Assembly: GCF_006345805.1 (NCBI RefSeq)
Contig: NC_043008.1
Coordinates: forward strand, 48,794,001 to 48,858,000
DNA from: Octopus sinensis
Lineage: Eukaryota
Reading direction: 5' to 3'
DNA length: 64,000 nucleotides
This document shows positions 62,516 through 64,000 of this stretch, piece by piece. Numbering within the stretch: position 1 is the first letter of the stretch; each line of letters starts with the position of its first letter. The translations under genes and the position numbers were made by a program. The notes under the pieces were generated by a model that was not told the DNA's origin, ran no database searches, and saw nothing but the letters and a program-made list of their open reading frames with translations.

Positions 62516-64000
62516 ATTGATTTTGTGTAGGACAACAGAGAGTGGGGTTGAGTCATTATTATTATTTTTATTATTTAAAACTGTTTGATTCAGCCCTGTG
62601 TTTTAAATAATAATATATGTAACTCTTAGTAAATATGTTGAATGCCTCTTTCTTTTATTTGTCCACTCACGTGTGTGTGTGTGTGTGTGTAAAAATACTT
62701 ACTGGTTTCATTCATTAGGGCACTGTCTGAAAGGCTCTTTTCTATTTATCTTACTGATCCCAGTACATTTTTGAATCTGGTACTTTATCAATCTCTATTT
62801 ATCAAGTAGCTAAGTTACCTTCTTTTGGCATAACTTGCAACTTGTCATGTTTTACACTGGTACACACACACACATGCATGATGTGTGTGGGTGTGTGTGG
62901 TTCTTGTAGTATATTGGTTTACAAAGGCGCCATTTGGTTTGGAGGCTTTGTCTCCACATTAGTGTTCGTATCCATGGCAACTTTGTTTCTAGCAGATTGG
63001 AATCCAGTTCTTTACGTCACCCAAACACTTCTCAGAGAGACGGTTGTGTTACTGTTTCTGGCTGTCAGAGAGCCAGTAACTTTTGCTTGTTAGGACAACA
63101 TGGCACTGGTGATGAGGTGTGAAACGTTGACTACTGCTTGTGTAAGTTTATGTGTGGGATACAGAGATGTCTCTCAGTCTATATATGTGTATATATATAC
63201 ATTATATACTCATGCACACATACATACATGTGTACATGTAGTTTAACAGAATTGTATGTTGTTTTTTTCCCTCTGTTATGTTGTTATTATTTTCTCTAAA
63301 GAATTATTGTCATCTGCAGCCAATTTACCATTCTTGTTTGGGTGGGGTTTCACCTTCTTTCTCTCTCTTCTTTTACCTCCTTTTTATATAGAATTTCCTT
63401 TTTTAATTCTTTATTTTCTTCCTTTTCCATCTTTTCCTTTTCTTATTTTTTCCTCTTTTCAAAAAAAGGTGGGGCTGGGGGAGAAATGATGAGGATGAGG
63501 ATGGAGAAAGGGAGGGGGTGGGTAGAATTTATTCTTTCTGCCTTTTTTTACTTCCTCCTCCTCATCTTTTTCTTTTTCCCTTTACTTCTTCCTCCACATG
63601 TACAAATGTTTGTATATATACATCTAAGTATGTATTTGTGTATATTTAATTCTGTATGTGTGTGTATATATGCCTCTTATGTGTGTGCATATGTATGTAT
63701 GTATGTATGTACACATATATATATGCTTGTATGTATCTGTGTGTGTGTGTATAAATTTATATATATGCTTGTATGTATCTGTATGTGTGTCATCATCATC
63801 ATCATTTAACGTCCGTTTTCCATGCTAGTATGGGTTGGATGGTTCAACCAGGGTCTGGGTAGCTAGGAGGTTGCACCAGGCTCCAGTCTGATCTGGGAGT
63901 GTTTCTACAGCTGGATGCCCTTCCTAACACCAACCACTCTGTGAGTGTAGTGGGTGGTTTTTATATGCCACCAGCACAGGGGCCAGAGGAGGCTGGCAAT

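Noticed and set aside
62842-63122. Next DAP3 exon (expected HGGAIV...LPQELLGKEG region)
   Set aside because: KGAIW is a superficial match. There is no suitable phase-0 acceptor and no further similarity.

Overview
AT-rich animal genomic DNA crowded with microsatellites, SINEs and LINEs. The repeat landscape suggests an octopus-like cephalopod, but this is inference only. Two host genes point away from each other. On the minus strand is one large 5' coding exon of an ASH1L-like histone methyltransferase (8228-7421). On the plus strand are nine coding exons (about 311 codons) of DAP3/mitoribosomal protein mS29 (21463-62182), and the gene continues past the window. Between them lies a CpG-retaining region with TCTCGCGAGA, ZNF143-like and YY1-like motifs, consistent with a bidirectional promoter. 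DAP3 has a GT-AG U12-type intron (46794-50711). A near-identical copy of that U12 donor sits in the next intron, and one exon has an apparent 1-nt frameshift, probably an assembly error. The introns contain RTE-like LINE pieces, a roughly 50-copy 66-bp array expanded from the LINE 3' UTR, R4/Dong and Tc1/mariner relics, tRNA-derived SINEs and several long palindromes. They also contain a set of minimal hammerhead-ribozyme motifs, one of which (60173-60082, minus strand) has an intact catalytic core. All family assignments come from recalled motifs and by-eye alignment. No database search was run.
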